In this document: one piece after another, positions 9,539-20,710 of the stretch
How positions within the stretch are numbered: the first letter of the stretch is position 1
How the letters are laid out: every line of letters begins with the position of its first letter
DNA from: an uncultured Aquiluna sp.
Lineage (GTDB): Bacteria; Actinomycetota; Actinomycetes; Actinomycetales; Microbacteriaceae
DNA length: 64,000 nucleotides
Assembly (NCBI GenBank): GCA_913775595.1
Contig: CAJYLB010000001.1
Coordinates: forward strand, 1,129,135-1,193,134
Reading direction: 5' to 3'
Program-made: the position numbers and the translations under genes
The notes under the pieces: generated by a model
Database searches by the model: none
Told to the model about the DNA's origin: nothing
Seen by the model: the letters and a program-made list of their open reading frames with translations, nothing else

Positions 9539-10135
9539 ATGCTGCTCTCAGATGGTGATATCAAAAAGCAAATAGACGCCGGTCGAATTGGCCTCGAGCC
9601 TCTAAATCTGGACCTGTTGCAGCCAAGCAGCATCGACGTTCGTCTCGACAGGTTCTTTCGCCTGTTCGATAACCACAAGTATCCCTTTATTGACCCTCGC
9701 GAGCAGCAGGATGATCTAACTAGGTTTGTCGAGGTTGCCTCAGACGAAGCCTTTATCCTTCACCCGGGAGAGTTTGTGCTGGGCTCCACGTTCGAATATG
9801 TGAGCCTCCCGGATGACATTGCTGCAAGGCTTGAGGGCAAGAGCTCTCTTGGGCGCCTTGGTCTTCTGACTCACTCAACAGCTGGCTTTGTTGACCCGGG
9901 CTTTGAAGGGCATGTGACCTTAGAGCTTTCCAACGTCGCGACGTTGCCGATTAAGCTTTGGCCCGGCATGAAGATTGGCCAGCTCTGCTTCTTCCAGCTC
10001 TCGTCTGCGAGTGAGAACCCATATGGCAGCGAGAAGTACGGCTCGAGGTATCAGGGGCAAAGGGGGCCAACTGCCTCACGCAGCCACCTCAAGTTCCATA
10101 TCACAGATGTTGGCAACGAACCACTAGACAAATAG
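9539..10135 (+). CDS. dcd: dCTP deaminase
   Basis: [32 protein letters not shown]. Confidence 0.96.
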   Translation: MLLSDGDIKKQIDAGRIGLEPLNLDLLQPSSIDVRLDRFFRLFDNHKYPFIDPREQQDDLTRFVEVASDEAFILHPGEFVLGSTFEYVSLPDDIAARLEGKSSLGRLGLLTHSTAGFVDPGFEGHVTLELSNVATLPIKLWPGMKIGQLCFFQLSSASENPYGSEKYGSRYQGQRGPTASRSHLKFHITDVGNEPLDK

Positions 10136-10831
10136 CTTTCGCGCCTCAAAGAGGTCTTTCGAGTAGACCTTCTTGAGTGCGTACTTATCTGCCGCGTGTT
10201 CGCAGAGGACATCAATCTCTCGCTTTAGCGCCCTGGATGCCACGACCCATGGCAGCAGCTGGTAGATCAGGTAGGCGAGCTTTTTGATTAGACCATGCTT
10301 GAGCTTGATGTGCCCATACTCGTGTCTGAGGATTGCATCCCGCTGCCGGCTTGGGAGCTCAAAGACTGCCATTGAAAGGTAAATGGTGTTTTTTCGGGTC
10401 AGGGCAAAATAACCGGGGATCTCAAGCTCAACGATCCTGGCCCTGCGGTAGTTCATGATGTAGCGGCCACCAAGACTCTCGAGGTCTCCAAGCTCTGGCA
10501 AGACCTCGAACAGCGGCGCCAGTCTCTGATTTCCAAGCGCAATCAAGACACCTGCCAGAGCCAGCAACACCCAAGGGGCAAAGCTGGCTACCAACACAAA
10601 CCCCAGGTCATCAGAGCTCTGGAGGGTTTGGTAGGTGGAGAAAACGGAGTAACCAGCCAGGGCGACTGCAGCAATTGTGGCTGCGATGCTGCTTAGCAGC
10701 GAGATCAACCAGAGGAAGATCCCGAGGTTTGGCACCTTGCGAAATCGGCCCGCGAAGAACATGGGGGCTGCAATTGTCACCAGCAGCACCCACTCCAGAA
10801 GGAGTATCAAAAGATAGAGGTTGTTCTCCAC
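10124..10831 (-). CDS. M56 family (BlaR1-like) membrane metallopeptidase
   Basis: N-terminal TMs, RHEYGH (HExxH), downstream E..AD; adjacent to BlaI-type regulator. Confidence 0.82.
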   Translation of the reverse strand: MENNLYLLILLLEWVLLVTIAAPMFFAGRFRKVPNLGIFLWLISLLSSIAATIAAVALAGYSVFSTYQTLQSSDDLGFVLVASFAPWVLLALAGVLIALGNQRLAPLFEVLPELGDLESLGGRYIMNYRRARIVELEIPGYFALTRKNTIYLSMAVFELPSRQRDAILRHEYGHIKLKHGLIKKLAYLIYQLLPWVVASRALKREIDVLCEHAADKYALKKVYSKDLFEARKLFV

Positions 10832-10840
10832 CTAAAGAGA

Positions 10841-11197
10841 CTACTTGTCGAGTGCCGCCCTGAGTTCCTTGAGCTGTTTGGCTGTTAGTCCGCTCGCAAA
10901 GTGGCTAAAGACCGCAGCTGGGTTACCGGTTTGACCGACTAGGTCAACTAATGCTTTGGCGGTGTGCTGTTCTCTAGTGGTTAGCGACTGGAAGATAAAG
11001 CCTCTGCCCGGACCCGCTGACTTAGTTACTAGCCCCTTATCTTCGAGTCTTGATAGCACGGTGAGGATAGTGGTGACCTTGATGCTGTCATCGCCGATTA
11101 GAGCGAGGATTTGCTGGCTGGATAGTCCAGCTGGCCTGTCCCACAGGCAGCTGAGAACCTCAGACTCCAGCTCACCCTGCTTTCGCTTTGTGCTCAT
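10841..11197 (-). CDS. BlaI/MecI/CopY family transcriptional repressor
   Basis: GELESEVL..LW, TTILTVLSRLEDKGLV. Confidence 0.9.
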   Translation of the reverse strand: MSTKRKQGELESEVLSCLWDRPAGLSSQQILALIGDDSIKVTTILTVLSRLEDKGLVTKSAGPGRGFIFQSLTTREQHTAKALVDLVGQTGNPAAVFSHFASGLTAKQLKELRAALDK

Positions 11198-11204
11198 GCA
11201 GGAA

Positions 11205-11221
11205 TTCTACATGGTGTAGAA
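11205..11221. promoter_or_regulatory. Putative BlaI/CopY-type operator overlapping the -10 of the repressor gene
   Basis: Perfect inverted repeat TTCTACA-TGG-TGTAGAA with TACA/TGTA half-sites; overlaps minus-strand TAGAAT 6 nt before the ATG. Confidence 0.75.
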
Positions 11222-11222
11222 G

Positions 11223-12542
11223 TTAGTCGCTTATGACTTGCGGATTCGGGCTAACCCTCCAGAGCAACAGGATTCCTGCGACCAGCACCACCATCAGACC
11301 CAATATTCCCCAGACGGTTGCCTGGGCGTTGGTGTAGCCGAAGGTAAGTGCAAGCGAAATCGAGGCGGTCCAGAGCATTGGGCTTAGGAAGCTGACCGCG
11401 CGTCCTGTAGTCATGTAGAGACCCATGACCTCACCATCTCTGCCTTCAGGGGTGAACTTGGCGACAAAAGCCCTTGATGCAGCCTGCGCCGGGCCAACGA
11501 AGAGGGTCAGAATCAGACCACCGACCCAGTAGGTGATTGGTCCAAGTGACGCAAAAAGGAAAACCCCGAAGCCCGCAACCGTTAGCCCAATGAGCGAGAT
11601 CATGATGGTGCGCTTGCCACCAATTTTGTCGTCGAAAAAGCCACCGACCATCGCCCCAATACCCGCGGTGATGTTGGCGGCAATGCCGAACAGAATGACT
11701 TCCGCAAGCTCGAAACCAAATGCCAAGGCACCCAGTGCACCACCAAAGGCGAAGACTCCAGACAAACCATCTCGATAGATAGCACTTGCGATCAGGAACT
11801 TTAGGGTCTCCGGAGCCTGGCGATAAAGCGACTTGAGCTGAGCCCAAAGCTTGAAGTAGCTCTCGACAATGTTTTCTTTCACCCGGTCCGGTTTGGCCGG
11901 AACCTCCGGGACGGTGAGGAACAGTGGAATCGAGAAGACTAGGAACCAAATCGCGCTAAATAAGAAGACCGCACGAACATTTAGCGCATCATCCAGCGGG
12001 ATACCGAACCACGGGTTCTCGGTCTGCACGAAGCCAACAAGCGAAATAAGCAACAGCAAGATGCCACCTATGTAGCCAAGTCCCCAGGCAAAGCCTGAGA
12101 CCTTACCGATGTTGCTCGGCTTGGAGACCTGCTTGAGCATGGCGTAGTAGTTGATGAAAGCAATTTCCTGCACAAACCCACCAAAAGAAAAGATGATCAA
12201 ACCCAGCCAGAGCATCTGCGGATTTGGCTCAATAAAGAACAGGCTGGCCATTACCCCAGAGAGCAGCAGCGTGTTTATCAGGAGCCAAAACTTTCTCCTG
12301 CCTGCCTCGTCGCTTCTTCGGCCAAAGACCGGAGCAACAATCGCAACAGCGATTCCAGCAATTGTGGCGGCTAGTCCTAGTGCCCTAGAGGTGTCTTCCT
12401 CTGGCCCAAAGGCCGCACTTGTTATGTAGATGGGGAAGATAAAGGTGGAAAAAATCGTGGGGAAAGGCTGTTCTGCCCAGTCCCAAAGTGCCCAGGCAAA
12501 TGTGCCGCGGGGTTTCTTGGTTTCAACAGCTTCATTGCTCAT
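11223..12542 (-). CDS. MFS transporter (UMF1/Atg22-like)
   Basis: WALWDWA, GKVSGFAWGLGYIGG, RDGL; start moved to MSNE because TACTCT-N7-ATG precedes it. Confidence 0.85.
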   Translation of the reverse strand: MSNEAVETKKPRGTFAWALWDWAEQPFPTIFSTFIFPIYITSAAFGPEEDTSRALGLAATIAGIAVAIVAPVFGRRSDEAGRRKFWLLINTLLLSGVMASLFFIEPNPQMLWLGLIIFSFGGFVQEIAFINYYAMLKQVSKPSNIGKVSGFAWGLGYIGGILLLLISLVGFVQTENPWFGIPLDDALNVRAVFLFSAIWFLVFSIPLFLTVPEVPAKPDRVKENIVESYFKLWAQLKSLYRQAPETLKFLIASAIYRDGLSGVFAFGGALGALAFGFELAEVILFGIAANITAGIGAMVGGFFDDKIGGKRTIMISLIGLTVAGFGVFLFASLGPITYWVGGLILTLFVGPAQAASRAFVAKFTPEGRDGEVMGLYMTTGRAVSFLSPMLWTASISLALTFGYTNAQATVWGILGLMVVLVAGILLLWRVSPNPQVISD

Positions 12543-12613
12543 GAGCTTGAGAGTAGTCCTATTGCAGGCCAATTGGCGCAAGAAATTAGTGACGAGTCGG
12601 TGAATATCCCAAA

Positions 12614-12634
12614 CTTGAGTGAACCCTACTCAAG
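12614..12634. promoter_or_regulatory. HAIR element (HspR operator) 1
   Basis: CTTGAGT-GAACCCT-ACTCAAG, exact HAIR consensus CTTGAGT-N7-ACTCAAG. Confidence 0.92.
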
Positions 12635-12677
12635 TTTTTGGAATAAATGCTTGACAATTATGTTGACATAACTGAAA

Positions 12678-12698
12678 CTTGAGTGCAGTTGGCTCAAG
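12678..12698. promoter_or_regulatory. HAIR element (HspR operator) 2
   Basis: CTTGAGT-GCAGTTG-GCTCAAG (one mismatch); TTGACA hexamers at 12651 and 12663 lie between the two HAIRs. Confidence 0.85.
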
Positions 12699-12737
12699 TT
12701 GAGTCAAAAGGTTTGAAAACAAAGAGGAGAAACCAGA

Positions 12738-14594
12738 ATGGGTAGAGCAGTAGGTATCGACCTGGGAACCACCAACAGCGCGGTAACAGTGCTGGAGGCT
12801 GGCGAGCCAAAGGTCATTGCTAACGCTGAGGGCTTTAGGACCACACCATCGGTTGTGGCATTTACGAAGGATGGCAACATCCTGGTAGGCGAGACCGCAA
12901 AGCGTCAGGCTGTTACCAACGTTGACCGCACTGTTAGCTCGGTAAAGCGCCACATGGGCACCGACTGGAAGTTCAAGGTCGATGAGAAGGAGTACACCCC
13001 ACAGGAGATCTCCGCTCGCATCCTGATGAAGCTAAAGCGCGATGCCGAGACCTACTTGGGTGAGTCCGTTACCGACGCGGTAATTACCGTTCCTGCCTAC
13101 TTCAACGACGCAGAGCGTCAGGCGACCAAGGAAGCCGGTGAAATCGCGGGTTTGAACGTGCTTCGCATCATCAACGAGCCAACCGCAGCCGCTCTTGCCT
13201 ACGGCCTAGACAAGGGTAAGGAAGACGAGCTAATTCTGGTGTTTGACCTTGGTGGTGGAACATTCGATGTGTCCCTTCTTGAGGTTGGCAAGGACGATGA
13301 GTTCTCGACCATCCAGGTTCGTGCAACCTCGGGTGACAACCGCCTCGGTGGTGACGACTGGGATCAGAGGGTCGTAGACCACCTGGTCAAGCAGTTCAAG
13401 GAGACCTCGGGCGTCGATGTCGCCTCCGACAAGATTGCTCTGCAGCGCCTGAAGGAGGCAGCTGAGCAGGCCAAGAAGGAGCTGAGCCAGTCGACCTCGA
13501 CTCAGATCCAGCTGCCATACCTCTCACTGACCGAGTCGGGACCTGCGAACTTGGACGAGACCATTACTCGCGCACAGTTCCAGTCGATGACTTCTGATCT
13601 TTTGGAGCGCACCCGCAAGCCATTCGAGGACGTGATCAAGGAAGCCGGCGTGAAGGTCGGTGACATCGCTCACGTTGTCATGGTCGGTGGCTCTACCCGT
13701 ATGCCAGCTGTCAGTGAGCTAGTTACCAAGCTGCTTGGCGGCAAGGAGCCGAACAAGGGAGTGAACCCGGATGAGGTTGTTTCCGTTGGTGCTGCTCTGC
13801 AGGCAGGTGTGATCAAGGGTGAGCGTAAGGACGTGCTGCTAATTGACGTCACCCCACTGTCTCTTGGAATCGAGACCAAAGGTGGCATCATGACCAAGCT
13901 CATCGAGCGCAACACCGCTATCCCAACAAAGAGGAGCGAGACCTTCACCACAGCTGATGACAACCAGCCGAGCGTGTCGATCCAGGTTTTCCAGGGAGAG
14001 CGTGAGTTCACTCGTGACAACAAGAGTCTTGGAAACTTTGAGCTGACCGGCATCGCACCGGCACCTCGTGGTATCCCGCAGGTCGAGGTCACCTTCGACA
14101 TCGACGCAAACGGCATCGTGCACGTATCCGCAAAGGACAAGGGCACCGGCAAGGAGCAGTCGATGACCATCACCGGCGGCTCTTCGCTAAGCGAGGAAGA
14201 CATCGAGCGCATGGTCAAAGATGCCGAGGAGCACGCAGCTGAGGATAAGCAGCGTCGCGAGGAGGCAGAGACCCGTAATCAGGCAGAGCAGATGGCGTAT
14301 TCAACCGAGAAGCTCATCAAGGACAACGACGACAAGCTCTCTGAAGAGATCAAGACTGAGGTCCAGGCCGATGTAGATGCTCTGAAGACGGCACTCGCTG
14401 GAGACGACATCGAGGCGGTCAAGACTGCTCAGGAGAAGCTAACCACCAGCTCCCAGAAGCTAGGCGAGGCAATCTATGCCGCGCAGCCAGCCGAGGGTGA
14501 GCAGGGAGAGGCCTCCGATGAGGACGTCGTTGACGCCGAGGTTGTTGACGAGGAAGAGTCAAAGGACGACTCAGAGCCTGAGGACAAGAAGTAA
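12738..14594 (+). CDS. dnaK: Molecular chaperone DnaK
   Basis: [26 protein letters not shown]. Confidence 0.99.
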   Translation: MGRAVGIDLGTTNSAVTVLEAGEPKVIANAEGFRTTPSVVAFTKDGNILVGETAKRQAVTNVDRTVSSVKRHMGTDWKFKVDEKEYTPQEISARILMKLKRDAETYLGESVTDAVITVPAYFNDAERQATKEAGEIAGLNVLRIINEPTAAALAYGLDKGKEDELILVFDLGGGTFDVSLLEVGKDDEFSTIQVRATSGDNRLGGDDWDQRVVDHLVKQFKETSGVDVASDKIALQRLKEAAEQAKKELSQSTSTQIQLPYLSLTESGPANLDETITRAQFQSMTSDLLERTRKPFEDVIKEAGVKVGDIAHVVMVGGSTRMPAVSELVTKLLGGKEPNKGVNPDEVVSVGAALQAGVIKGERKDVLLIDVTPLSLGIETKGGIMTKLIERNTAIPTKRSETFTTADDNQPSVSIQVFQGEREFTRDNKSLGNFELTGIAPAPRGIPQVEVTFDIDANGIVHVSAKDKGTGKEQSMTITGGSSLSEEDIERMVKDAEEHAAEDKQRREEAETRNQAEQMAYSTEKLIKDNDDKLSEEIKTEVQADVDALKTALAGDDIEAVKTAQEKLTTSSQKLGEAIYAAQPAEGEQGEASDEDVVDAEVVDEEESKDDSEPEDKK

Positions 14595-15154
14595 TGCCGG
14601 AAGAGAACCTTCCAGAAGAGCCCGCCCAGGAGCCCGAAGAGAGCCAGACTCCCGAGGAGTCCTCGGAGGCTGACCAGGTAGCCGATGCAGCCGAGGAGGT
14701 TAGCTCGGAAGATGGCGACAAGGACGCCATCGATCGAGAGCTAGAAATCTTCCAGGATCTGCAACGACTTCAGGCCGACTTCGTGAACTACAAGGCCAGG
14801 GTCGAAAGAGATCGAGGAGTGGAGAGGCAGCTTGCGGTTGCCGAGGCAATCAGAGCCTTTCTCCCGGCCCTCGATGATCTGACTCGCGCCGAGGCTCATG
14901 GAGATCTGCAGGATGGCACGCCCATGGCTGCTATCGCTCAGAAGCTCAAGGCCGCGGGCGAGAAGTTTGGGCTGAAGGCATTTGGAGAAAAAGGTGAGGC
15001 CTTTGATCCAGAGAAGCACGAGGCACTGGTTCAAAACCCGAGCGAGGAAGTCACCGAGCCAGTTATTGCAGATGTGATCGAGCTCGGCTACATGGTTGGG
15101 GATCGGTTGCTGAGACCTGCAAAGGTGGCGGTCTCGGTTCCGCAAGAGAGCTAA
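14594..15154 (+). CDS. grpE: Nucleotide exchange factor GrpE
   Basis: LQRLQADFVNYK, FDPEKHEA, LLRPAKVAV; TAATG overlap with dnaK. Confidence 0.96.
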   Translation: MPEENLPEEPAQEPEESQTPEESSEADQVADAAEEVSSEDGDKDAIDRELEIFQDLQRLQADFVNYKARVERDRGVERQLAVAEAIRAFLPALDDLTRAEAHGDLQDGTPMAAIAQKLKAAGEKFGLKAFGEKGEAFDPEKHEALVQNPSEEVTEPVIADVIELGYMVGDRLLRPAKVAVSVPQES

Positions 15155-15170
15155 TTAGAAGGTGTATTAG

Positions 15171-16085
15171 ATGGCGTCACAGGATTGGATTGAGAAAGAC
15201 TTCTACAAAATCCTTGGTGTTTCCAAGGACGTCTCTGATGCAGATCTGAAGAAGGCCTACCGCAAGCTTGCTAAGGACAACCACCCTGATCTGCATCCAG
15301 GAGATGCGGCAGCAGAGGCAAGGTTCAAAGACATCTCCGAGGCCTTTGACGTGCTGTCCGACAAGGAGCAAAGGCGAGAGTATGACGCAATTCGTGCGAT
15401 GGGTGGCGGCGCTCGCTTCACAGCAGGCGGTCAGGGCGCAGGGTTTGAAGACGTATTCAGCAACCTCTTTGGAGGCGGCGGTTTCCAAGGCGGGGGGTTC
15501 CCTGGATTTGGCGGCTTCGGTGGTTTTGGACCCCAGCGCGGTCAGGACCTGAGCACTACAGCTTCAATCAATTTCATTGACTCGGTCAATGGGACAACCG
15601 TGAAGCTGAACCTGAGAAACGAATCGGTGAGTGTGAAGGTGCCGGCCGGGATTCAGGATGGTCAGAAACTCAAGGTCAAAGGTAAGGGACAGCCATCTCC
15701 CAATGGCGGCCCTGCAGGTGACCTGGTTGTGACCATCAAGGTTAAGCCGCACGCTGTATTCACCAGAGACGGCGACAACATCAGGGTTTCGGTGCCGGTG
15801 ACCTATGCCGAGGCAACGCTTGGCGCAACCATTGAGGTTCCTGTCCTTGGCGGTGACCCGGTAAAGCTCAAGGTTGCTGCCGGGACACCAAACGGCAGAA
15901 CGCTTAGGGTCAAGGGCAAGGGCGTTCAGTTTGGCTCGCGCCAGGGCGACCTGCTTGCAACCGTAGAGGTGATGGTGCCTGCGCACCTGCCAGCCAAGGC
16001 CAAGAAACTACTTGAGCAGTTTGATGCCGAACTACCTGATGAGAACCCTCGTCAGGATCTGATTTCTAGGGCGGGGACACTTTAG
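15171..16085 (+). CDS. dnaJ: DnaJ family co-chaperone lacking the zinc-finger domain
   Basis: J domain with HPD, G/F-rich region, C-terminal domains; no CxxCxGxG repeats. Confidence 0.92.
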   Translation: MASQDWIEKDFYKILGVSKDVSDADLKKAYRKLAKDNHPDLHPGDAAAEARFKDISEAFDVLSDKEQRREYDAIRAMGGGARFTAGGQGAGFEDVFSNLFGGGGFQGGGFPGFGGFGGFGPQRGQDLSTTASINFIDSVNGTTVKLNLRNESVSVKVPAGIQDGQKLKVKGKGQPSPNGGPAGDLVVTIKVKPHAVFTRDGDNIRVSVPVTYAEATLGATIEVPVLGGDPVKLKVAAGTPNGRTLRVKGKGVQFGSRQGDLLATVEVMVPAHLPAKAKKLLEQFDAELPDENPRQDLISRAGTL

Positions 16086-16093
16086 GAGGAGCC

Positions 16094-16504
16094 ATGGAGC
16101 TAGATGAGAACACACCGCTGTTTGTGATCTCGGTAGCGGCCGAGCTTTCCGGCATGCACCCGCAAACCCTCAGGCAGTATGACCGCATGGGCCTGGTTTC
16201 CCCAACCAGGACCCAGGGGCGCTCCCGCCGCTACACCATGCAGGATGTGGCAAAGCTAAGGGAAGTTGCCAAGCTCAGTGCCGAGGGAGTTTCGCTTGAG
16301 GGTATTCGCAGGGTCCTCGAGCTAGTGAACGAAAACGTGAGTTTGAAATCTCGCGTGCGTGATCTCGAGCGAGAGCTCGCCGATCAACTTATGAGTCAAC
16401 CCGGGAATCGGGTATTCGCAGCCGGAGATCAAGGTGTTATTCGCCTGAATCCAGGGCAGAGGCCCGAGAAGTCCGGCTCAGTGGTTTTGTGGAGGAGGCG
16501 CTAA
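16094..16504 (+). CDS. hspR: Heat-shock repressor HspR (MerR family)
   Basis: [20 protein letters not shown]; position after dnaJ; HAIR sites upstream of the operon. Confidence 0.95.
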   Translation: MELDENTPLFVISVAAELSGMHPQTLRQYDRMGLVSPTRTQGRSRRYTMQDVAKLREVAKLSAEGVSLEGIRRVLELVNENVSLKSRVRDLERELADQLMSQPGNRVFAAGDQGVIRLNPGQRPEKSGSVVLWRRR

Positions 16505-18657
16505 TGCAGCAGCAGGAGCAGCAAGAACAACCTAAGGCCTTGGAGGCCTTCGGCATCGACCTAACCGCCCAGGCCAGGGCAGGAAAGCTTGACCCGGTAA
16601 TTGGTCGCGACGGTGAAATCAGGCGCGTGAGCCAGGTGCTCTCTAGAAGGACGAAGAACAACCCAGTACTTATTGGTGAGCCGGGTGTGGGCAAGACAGC
16701 AGTCGTGGAGGGCTTAGCCCAGCGCATTGTCGCGGGCGATGTCCCAGAGAGCCTCAAGGGCAAGACTCTCATCAGTCTTGATCTGAGCGCGATGGTTGCA
16801 GGCTCAAAGTTCCGAGGTGAATTTGAGGAGCGCCTCAAGGCAGTATTGAAGGAAATTCAAGAGGCTGAGGGTGGCGTCATCACATTCATCGATGAGCTTC
16901 ACACTCTCGTTGGTGCCGGAGCAGCAGATGGCTCGATGGATGCCTCAAACATGCTCAAACCAATGCTTGCGCGAGGTGAGCTGAGGTTGATTGGCGCCAC
17001 CACCCTGGACGAGTATCGCGAACGCATTGAAAAGGACAGCGCTCTTGAGCGCAGGTTCCAGCAGGTCTATGTCGGTGAGCCCTCAGTTGAAGACACCGTC
17101 GCTATTCTCCGCGGCCTCAAAGAACGTTACGAGGCTCACCACAAGGTCACCATCGCAGACAGTGCTCTAGTTGCAGCCGCAGCTCTATCCAGCCGCTACA
17201 TCACTGGAAGGCAGCTACCGGACAAGGCAATTGATCTTGTGGACGAGGCGGCATCAAGACTGCGCATGGAGATCGACTCAGCACCTGTGGAGATCGATGA
17301 GCTAAGACGACAGGTTGACAGGCTCAAGCTCGAGCAGCTTGCCCTGAAGAAGGAGAAAGACGAGGCCTCCAAGCAGCGCCTTGAGAAGCTCCAGGAGGAT
17401 CTCTCGGAGAAAGAGGAGCGCCTCAACGAGCTGAACCAAAAGTGGGAGTCAGAGCGCAGCGAGCTAAACAAGATCGGAGAGCTGAAGACCAAGCTGGATG
17501 CCGCAAGGGTTGCCGCGGAAAAGGCTCAAAGAGAGGCAAACCTAGAGCAGGCATCCAAGCTTCTCTATGGCGAGATCCCTCAGCTTGAGAAGCAGCTACA
17601 GGAGGCAGAAAGCCAGGAGTCTCAGCCGCGAGAGCGCATGGTTGGCGAGCAAGTTTCAGAGGACGAGATTGCAGCAGTGGTCTCTGCCTGGACCGGCATC
17701 CCAACCGGCAGGTTGCTTGCAGGAGAGAGCCAAAAGCTGCTTCAGCTAGAGGCCGAGCTTGGCAAGAGGCTGATTGGTCAGCGCAAGGCGGTTGGTGCCG
17801 TGAGCGATGCTGTCCGCAGATCGAAGGCTGGAATCTCTGACCCCGATCGCCCAACGGGCTCGTTTATGTTCCTTGGCCCAACCGGAGTTGGTAAGACGGA
17901 GCTTGCAAAGTCTTTGGCTGAGTTTCTCTTTGATGACGAGAAGTCAATGGTTCGAATCGACATGAGCGAATACGGAGAGAAGCACAGCGTTAGCAGGCTG
18001 ATTGGAGCCCCTCCCGGGTATGTCGGGTATGACGAGGGAGGCCAGCTGACCGAAGCGATTAGGCGCAGGCCCTACTCGGTTGTTCTGCTGGATGAGATTG
18101 AGAAGGCTCACCCGGAGGTCTTTGACATCCTGCTGCAGGTGCTTGACGATGGCCGCCTAACCGACGGCCAAGGCAGAACGGTTGATTTTAGAAACGTCAT
18201 CATGATCATGACCTCCAACCTTGGCTCTCAGTTCCTAATCGCAGATGACCTAGAGGATGCTCAGAGGCGCGAGGCGGTTATGGAGATGGTCAGGTCATCG
18301 TTCAAACCTGAGTTCCTAAACCGTCTAGATGACGTGGTCATATTTGATGCCCTCAGCAAGGAGGAGCTCGGGTCAATTGTCGATCTTCAGGTCGAGAAGC
18401 TGATGGCAAGACTTGAGGCGAAGCGTTTGACGCTCGGCGTGACGCCCGGAGCGAGACTATGGCTGGCAGAGCATGGCTACGACCCTGTCTATGGGGCAAG
18501 ACCACTTCGCAGGCTGATGCAAAAAGAGATTGATGACCGACTTGCCAACCTGCTGCTCGCGGGAGAGGTCGAGGATGGAAGCTTTGTCCGGGTAGATGTC
18601 TCCGAAGGCTCGCAATCCCTTCGGGTTGAGAATGTGAAGGAAGATGCAAGCGTCTAA
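16504..18657 (+). CDS. clpB: ClpB disaggregase lacking the N-terminal Clp repeat domain
   Basis: Two AAA+ modules ([16 protein letters not shown]) plus coiled-coil M domain; ATG 16504 overlaps the hspR stop, SD GGAGGAGG. Confidence 0.93.
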   Translation: MQQQEQQEQPKALEAFGIDLTAQARAGKLDPVIGRDGEIRRVSQVLSRRTKNNPVLIGEPGVGKTAVVEGLAQRIVAGDVPESLKGKTLISLDLSAMVAGSKFRGEFEERLKAVLKEIQEAEGGVITFIDELHTLVGAGAADGSMDASNMLKPMLARGELRLIGATTLDEYRERIEKDSALERRFQQVYVGEPSVEDTVAILRGLKERYEAHHKVTIADSALVAAAALSSRYITGRQLPDKAIDLVDEAASRLRMEIDSAPVEIDELRRQVDRLKLEQLALKKEKDEASKQRLEKLQEDLSEKEERLNELNQKWESERSELNKIGELKTKLDAARVAAEKAQREANLEQASKLLYGEIPQLEKQLQEAESQESQPRERMVGEQVSEDEIAAVVSAWTGIPTGRLLAGESQKLLQLEAELGKRLIGQRKAVGAVSDAVRRSKAGISDPDRPTGSFMFLGPTGVGKTELAKSLAEFLFDDEKSMVRIDMSEYGEKHSVSRLIGAPPGYVGYDEGGQLTEAIRRRPYSVVLLDEIEKAHPEVFDILLQVLDDGRLTDGQGRTVDFRNVIMIMTSNLGSQFLIADDLEDAQRREAVMEMVRSSFKPEFLNRLDDVVIFDALSKEELGSIVDLQVEKLMARLEAKRLTLGVTPGARLWLAEHGYDPVYGARPLRRLMQKEIDDRLANLLLAGEVEDGSFVRVDVSEGSQSLRVENVKEDASV

Positions 18658-19366
18658 GGTTTCCAGCGAGCTTAGGAAGCTTGGAAACCCAGCCCTCGCA
18701 AAAAGCCAGGAGTGGTTCTACAAAACCGGTCCAGGTGAATACGGTGAGGGCGACAAGTTTCTGGGCATTAGAGTGCCAGTTTCCCGCTCGGTTGCCACGA
18801 ACTTCAAGAATCTGCCCTTAGCTGAGATCAAGGAGCTTGCAATGAGCGAGTTCCACGAGGAACGGTTTTGTGCGTTGGTGATCCTGGTCAACCGCTACAA
18901 GTCGTCCAAGGATATCGAGAATCGAGAGGAACTGTTCAACCTCTACCTGGAGCTTCTTGATTTGCGCAAGGTAAATCACTGGGATTTGGTGGACTGCTCG
19001 GCGACACACTTGGGTGCGCAGCTCCTTGGTAGACAGGATGTCTTTGAATACCTCAAAACATTTGCCGACAGTTCTGACCTATGGAAGCAACGAGTGTCGA
19101 TTATCTTTACCTACGCACTAATACGCGAGCATGAGCTTGAGCCAACATTTGAGATTGTTGAGCATCTTATGGGTCATGAGCACGACCTGATTCATAAGGC
19201 CTCCGGCTGGATGCTGAGGGAAGCAGGCAAGAAAGACCTAGCTGCACTCAGGCGTTTTCTGGAGGCTCACGCGGCCACCATGCCAAGAACGATGCTGCGC
19301 TACGCGATTGAAAAGATGTCCAGGGAAGAACGCGATAACTGGCTCAGCCGGAAATCGAAGCTGTAA
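18644..19366 (+). CDS. DNA alkylation repair protein (AlkD-like HEAT-repeat family)
   Basis: [43 protein letters not shown]. Confidence 0.85.
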   Translation: MQASKVSSELRKLGNPALAKSQEWFYKTGPGEYGEGDKFLGIRVPVSRSVATNFKNLPLAEIKELAMSEFHEERFCALVILVNRYKSSKDIENREELFNLYLELLDLRKVNHWDLVDCSATHLGAQLLGRQDVFEYLKTFADSSDLWKQRVSIIFTYALIREHELEPTFEIVEHLMGHEHDLIHKASGWMLREAGKKDLAALRRFLEAHAATMPRTMLRYAIEKMSREERDNWLSRKSKL

Positions 19367-20123
19367 CCGGGACGTGGTCACTAGGGCCCTCGCCCTTGCG
19401 CTCGTCTCTTTCTATGGTTCCGCTTTTGATTCTCTCGGTTAGCTCCGGGGAGCTGAGAATAAAGTCAATTCGCATCCCCTCGTTTCTTGGGAACCTGAGG
19501 TCTTTGTAGTCCCAATAGGTGTAGCCCTCGGGGACAAACTGTCGGTGCAGATCGGTGAAGCCAATTTGCTCGAAGACATCAAAGACATCACGCTCGGGCT
19601 GGGAGACATGGGTCTCAAAGAACCCGACATTGAATACATCGGAGTCCAGCGGCGCAATGTTGAAATCCCCAACCAGGGCGATTTGAGACTCTGGGTTTTC
19701 CTCTAGTTCCTCCGCAACATGGGAGCCAAGTCGCTCCAAAAACTCCAGTTTGTAGTCCATGTGTGGGTCATCGAGGCCCCTGCCGTGGGGAACATAGAGG
19801 CTCCAGATTCTCACGTCGTTGAAGGTCGCTCCAAGTGCTCTCGCCTCGAGCACATCTTTGAAGTGGGGCTGCTGGGGAAACGAGGTCTCAACTTCTGCCG
19901 GCTCCAGATTCTCCTTGAAGGCAAAGGCAACGCCGTTCCACTGGTTCAGCCCGTGGGCAATGACCTTGTAGCCAATCGCCTCAAAGTCCGCGTAGGGAAA
20001 CTGCTCGGGCTTGCACTTGATTTCTTGCATTGCCAAGACATCAACCTGGGTGCGCTCAAGGAACTGAGTCACCCTTTGAGCTCTCGCCCTTACCGAGTTG
20101 ACGTTCCAGGTTGCAATTTCCAC
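19344..20123 (-). CDS. xth: Exodeoxyribonuclease III / AP endonuclease
   Basis: IATWNVNS, QEIK, GDFNIAP, RIDF, SDHVP. Confidence 0.93.
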   Translation of the reverse strand: MEIATWNVNSVRARAQRVTQFLERTQVDVLAMQEIKCKPEQFPYADFEAIGYKVIAHGLNQWNGVAFAFKENLEPAEVETSFPQQPHFKDVLEARALGATFNDVRIWSLYVPHGRGLDDPHMDYKLEFLERLGSHVAEELEENPESQIALVGDFNIAPLDSDVFNVGFFETHVSQPERDVFDVFEQIGFTDLHRQFVPEGYTYWDYKDLRFPRNEGMRIDFILSSPELTERIKSGTIERDERKGEGPSDHVPVTASISG

Positions 20124-20138
20124 TCCTAAACTCTAACT

Positions 20139-20696
20139 ATGACTTCTTCCTCCCCAGACAAGGCCAAGCTTGCTGAGCTTGTATCAAAGCTGGCCGTGGT
20201 GCATGGCAAGGTCACGCTTTCATCTGGGATCGAAGCTGACTACTACGTGGACCTGAGAAGGGCCACGCTGCATCACGAGGCCGGGGTATTGGTTGGCAAG
20301 GTGATGCTAGATCTGCTTGAAGAAAACGATCTCGCCCCAAGCGCAGTTGGTGGGTTGACCATGGGAGCCGACCCGGTAGCGACCGCGATGCTCCACCAGG
20401 CGAGCGGGCGCGGCATGAACCTAGATGCCTTTGTTGTGCGCAAGGAAGCGAAGAAACATGGCATGGCCAGGCAGGTCGAGGGGCCAGACATATCTGGCCG
20501 CAAGGTAGTCATTCTGGAGGACACTTCAACAACTGGCGGGTCGCCATTGACTGCCGCCAAGGCCGCCGAAGAAGCAGGGGCTGAGGTGTTGGGAATTGCC
20601 ACCGTCGTAGATCGCGATACCGGTGCTCGTGCGGCTATAGAATCAGCTGGCTACGCGTATTACTCAGCACTCTCGCTGAGTGATTTAGGTCTCTAG
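20139..20696 (+). CDS. pyrE: Orotate phosphoribosyltransferase
   Basis: TLSSG..DYYVD, RKEAKKHG, LEDTSTTGGS. Confidence 0.95.
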   Translation: MTSSSPDKAKLAELVSKLAVVHGKVTLSSGIEADYYVDLRRATLHHEAGVLVGKVMLDLLEENDLAPSAVGGLTMGADPVATAMLHQASGRGMNLDAFVVRKEAKKHGMARQVEGPDISGRKVVILEDTSTTGGSPLTAAKAAEEAGAEVLGIATVVDRDTGARAAIESAGYAYYSALSLSDLGL

Positions 20697-20710
20697 ATAA
20701 GAGGGTTTAG

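Noticed and set aside
12630..14730. Long antisense ORFs over dnaK (and similar ones over MMPL, thiBP, DHA2 MFS, icd)
   Set aside because: Shadow frames produced by codon bias of well-identified genes; no motifs or initiation signals.
16504..16527. CAG repeat as a phase-variable microsatellite
   Set aside because: Only three perfect units, interrupted and in frame; more likely a remnant of the ClpB linker.
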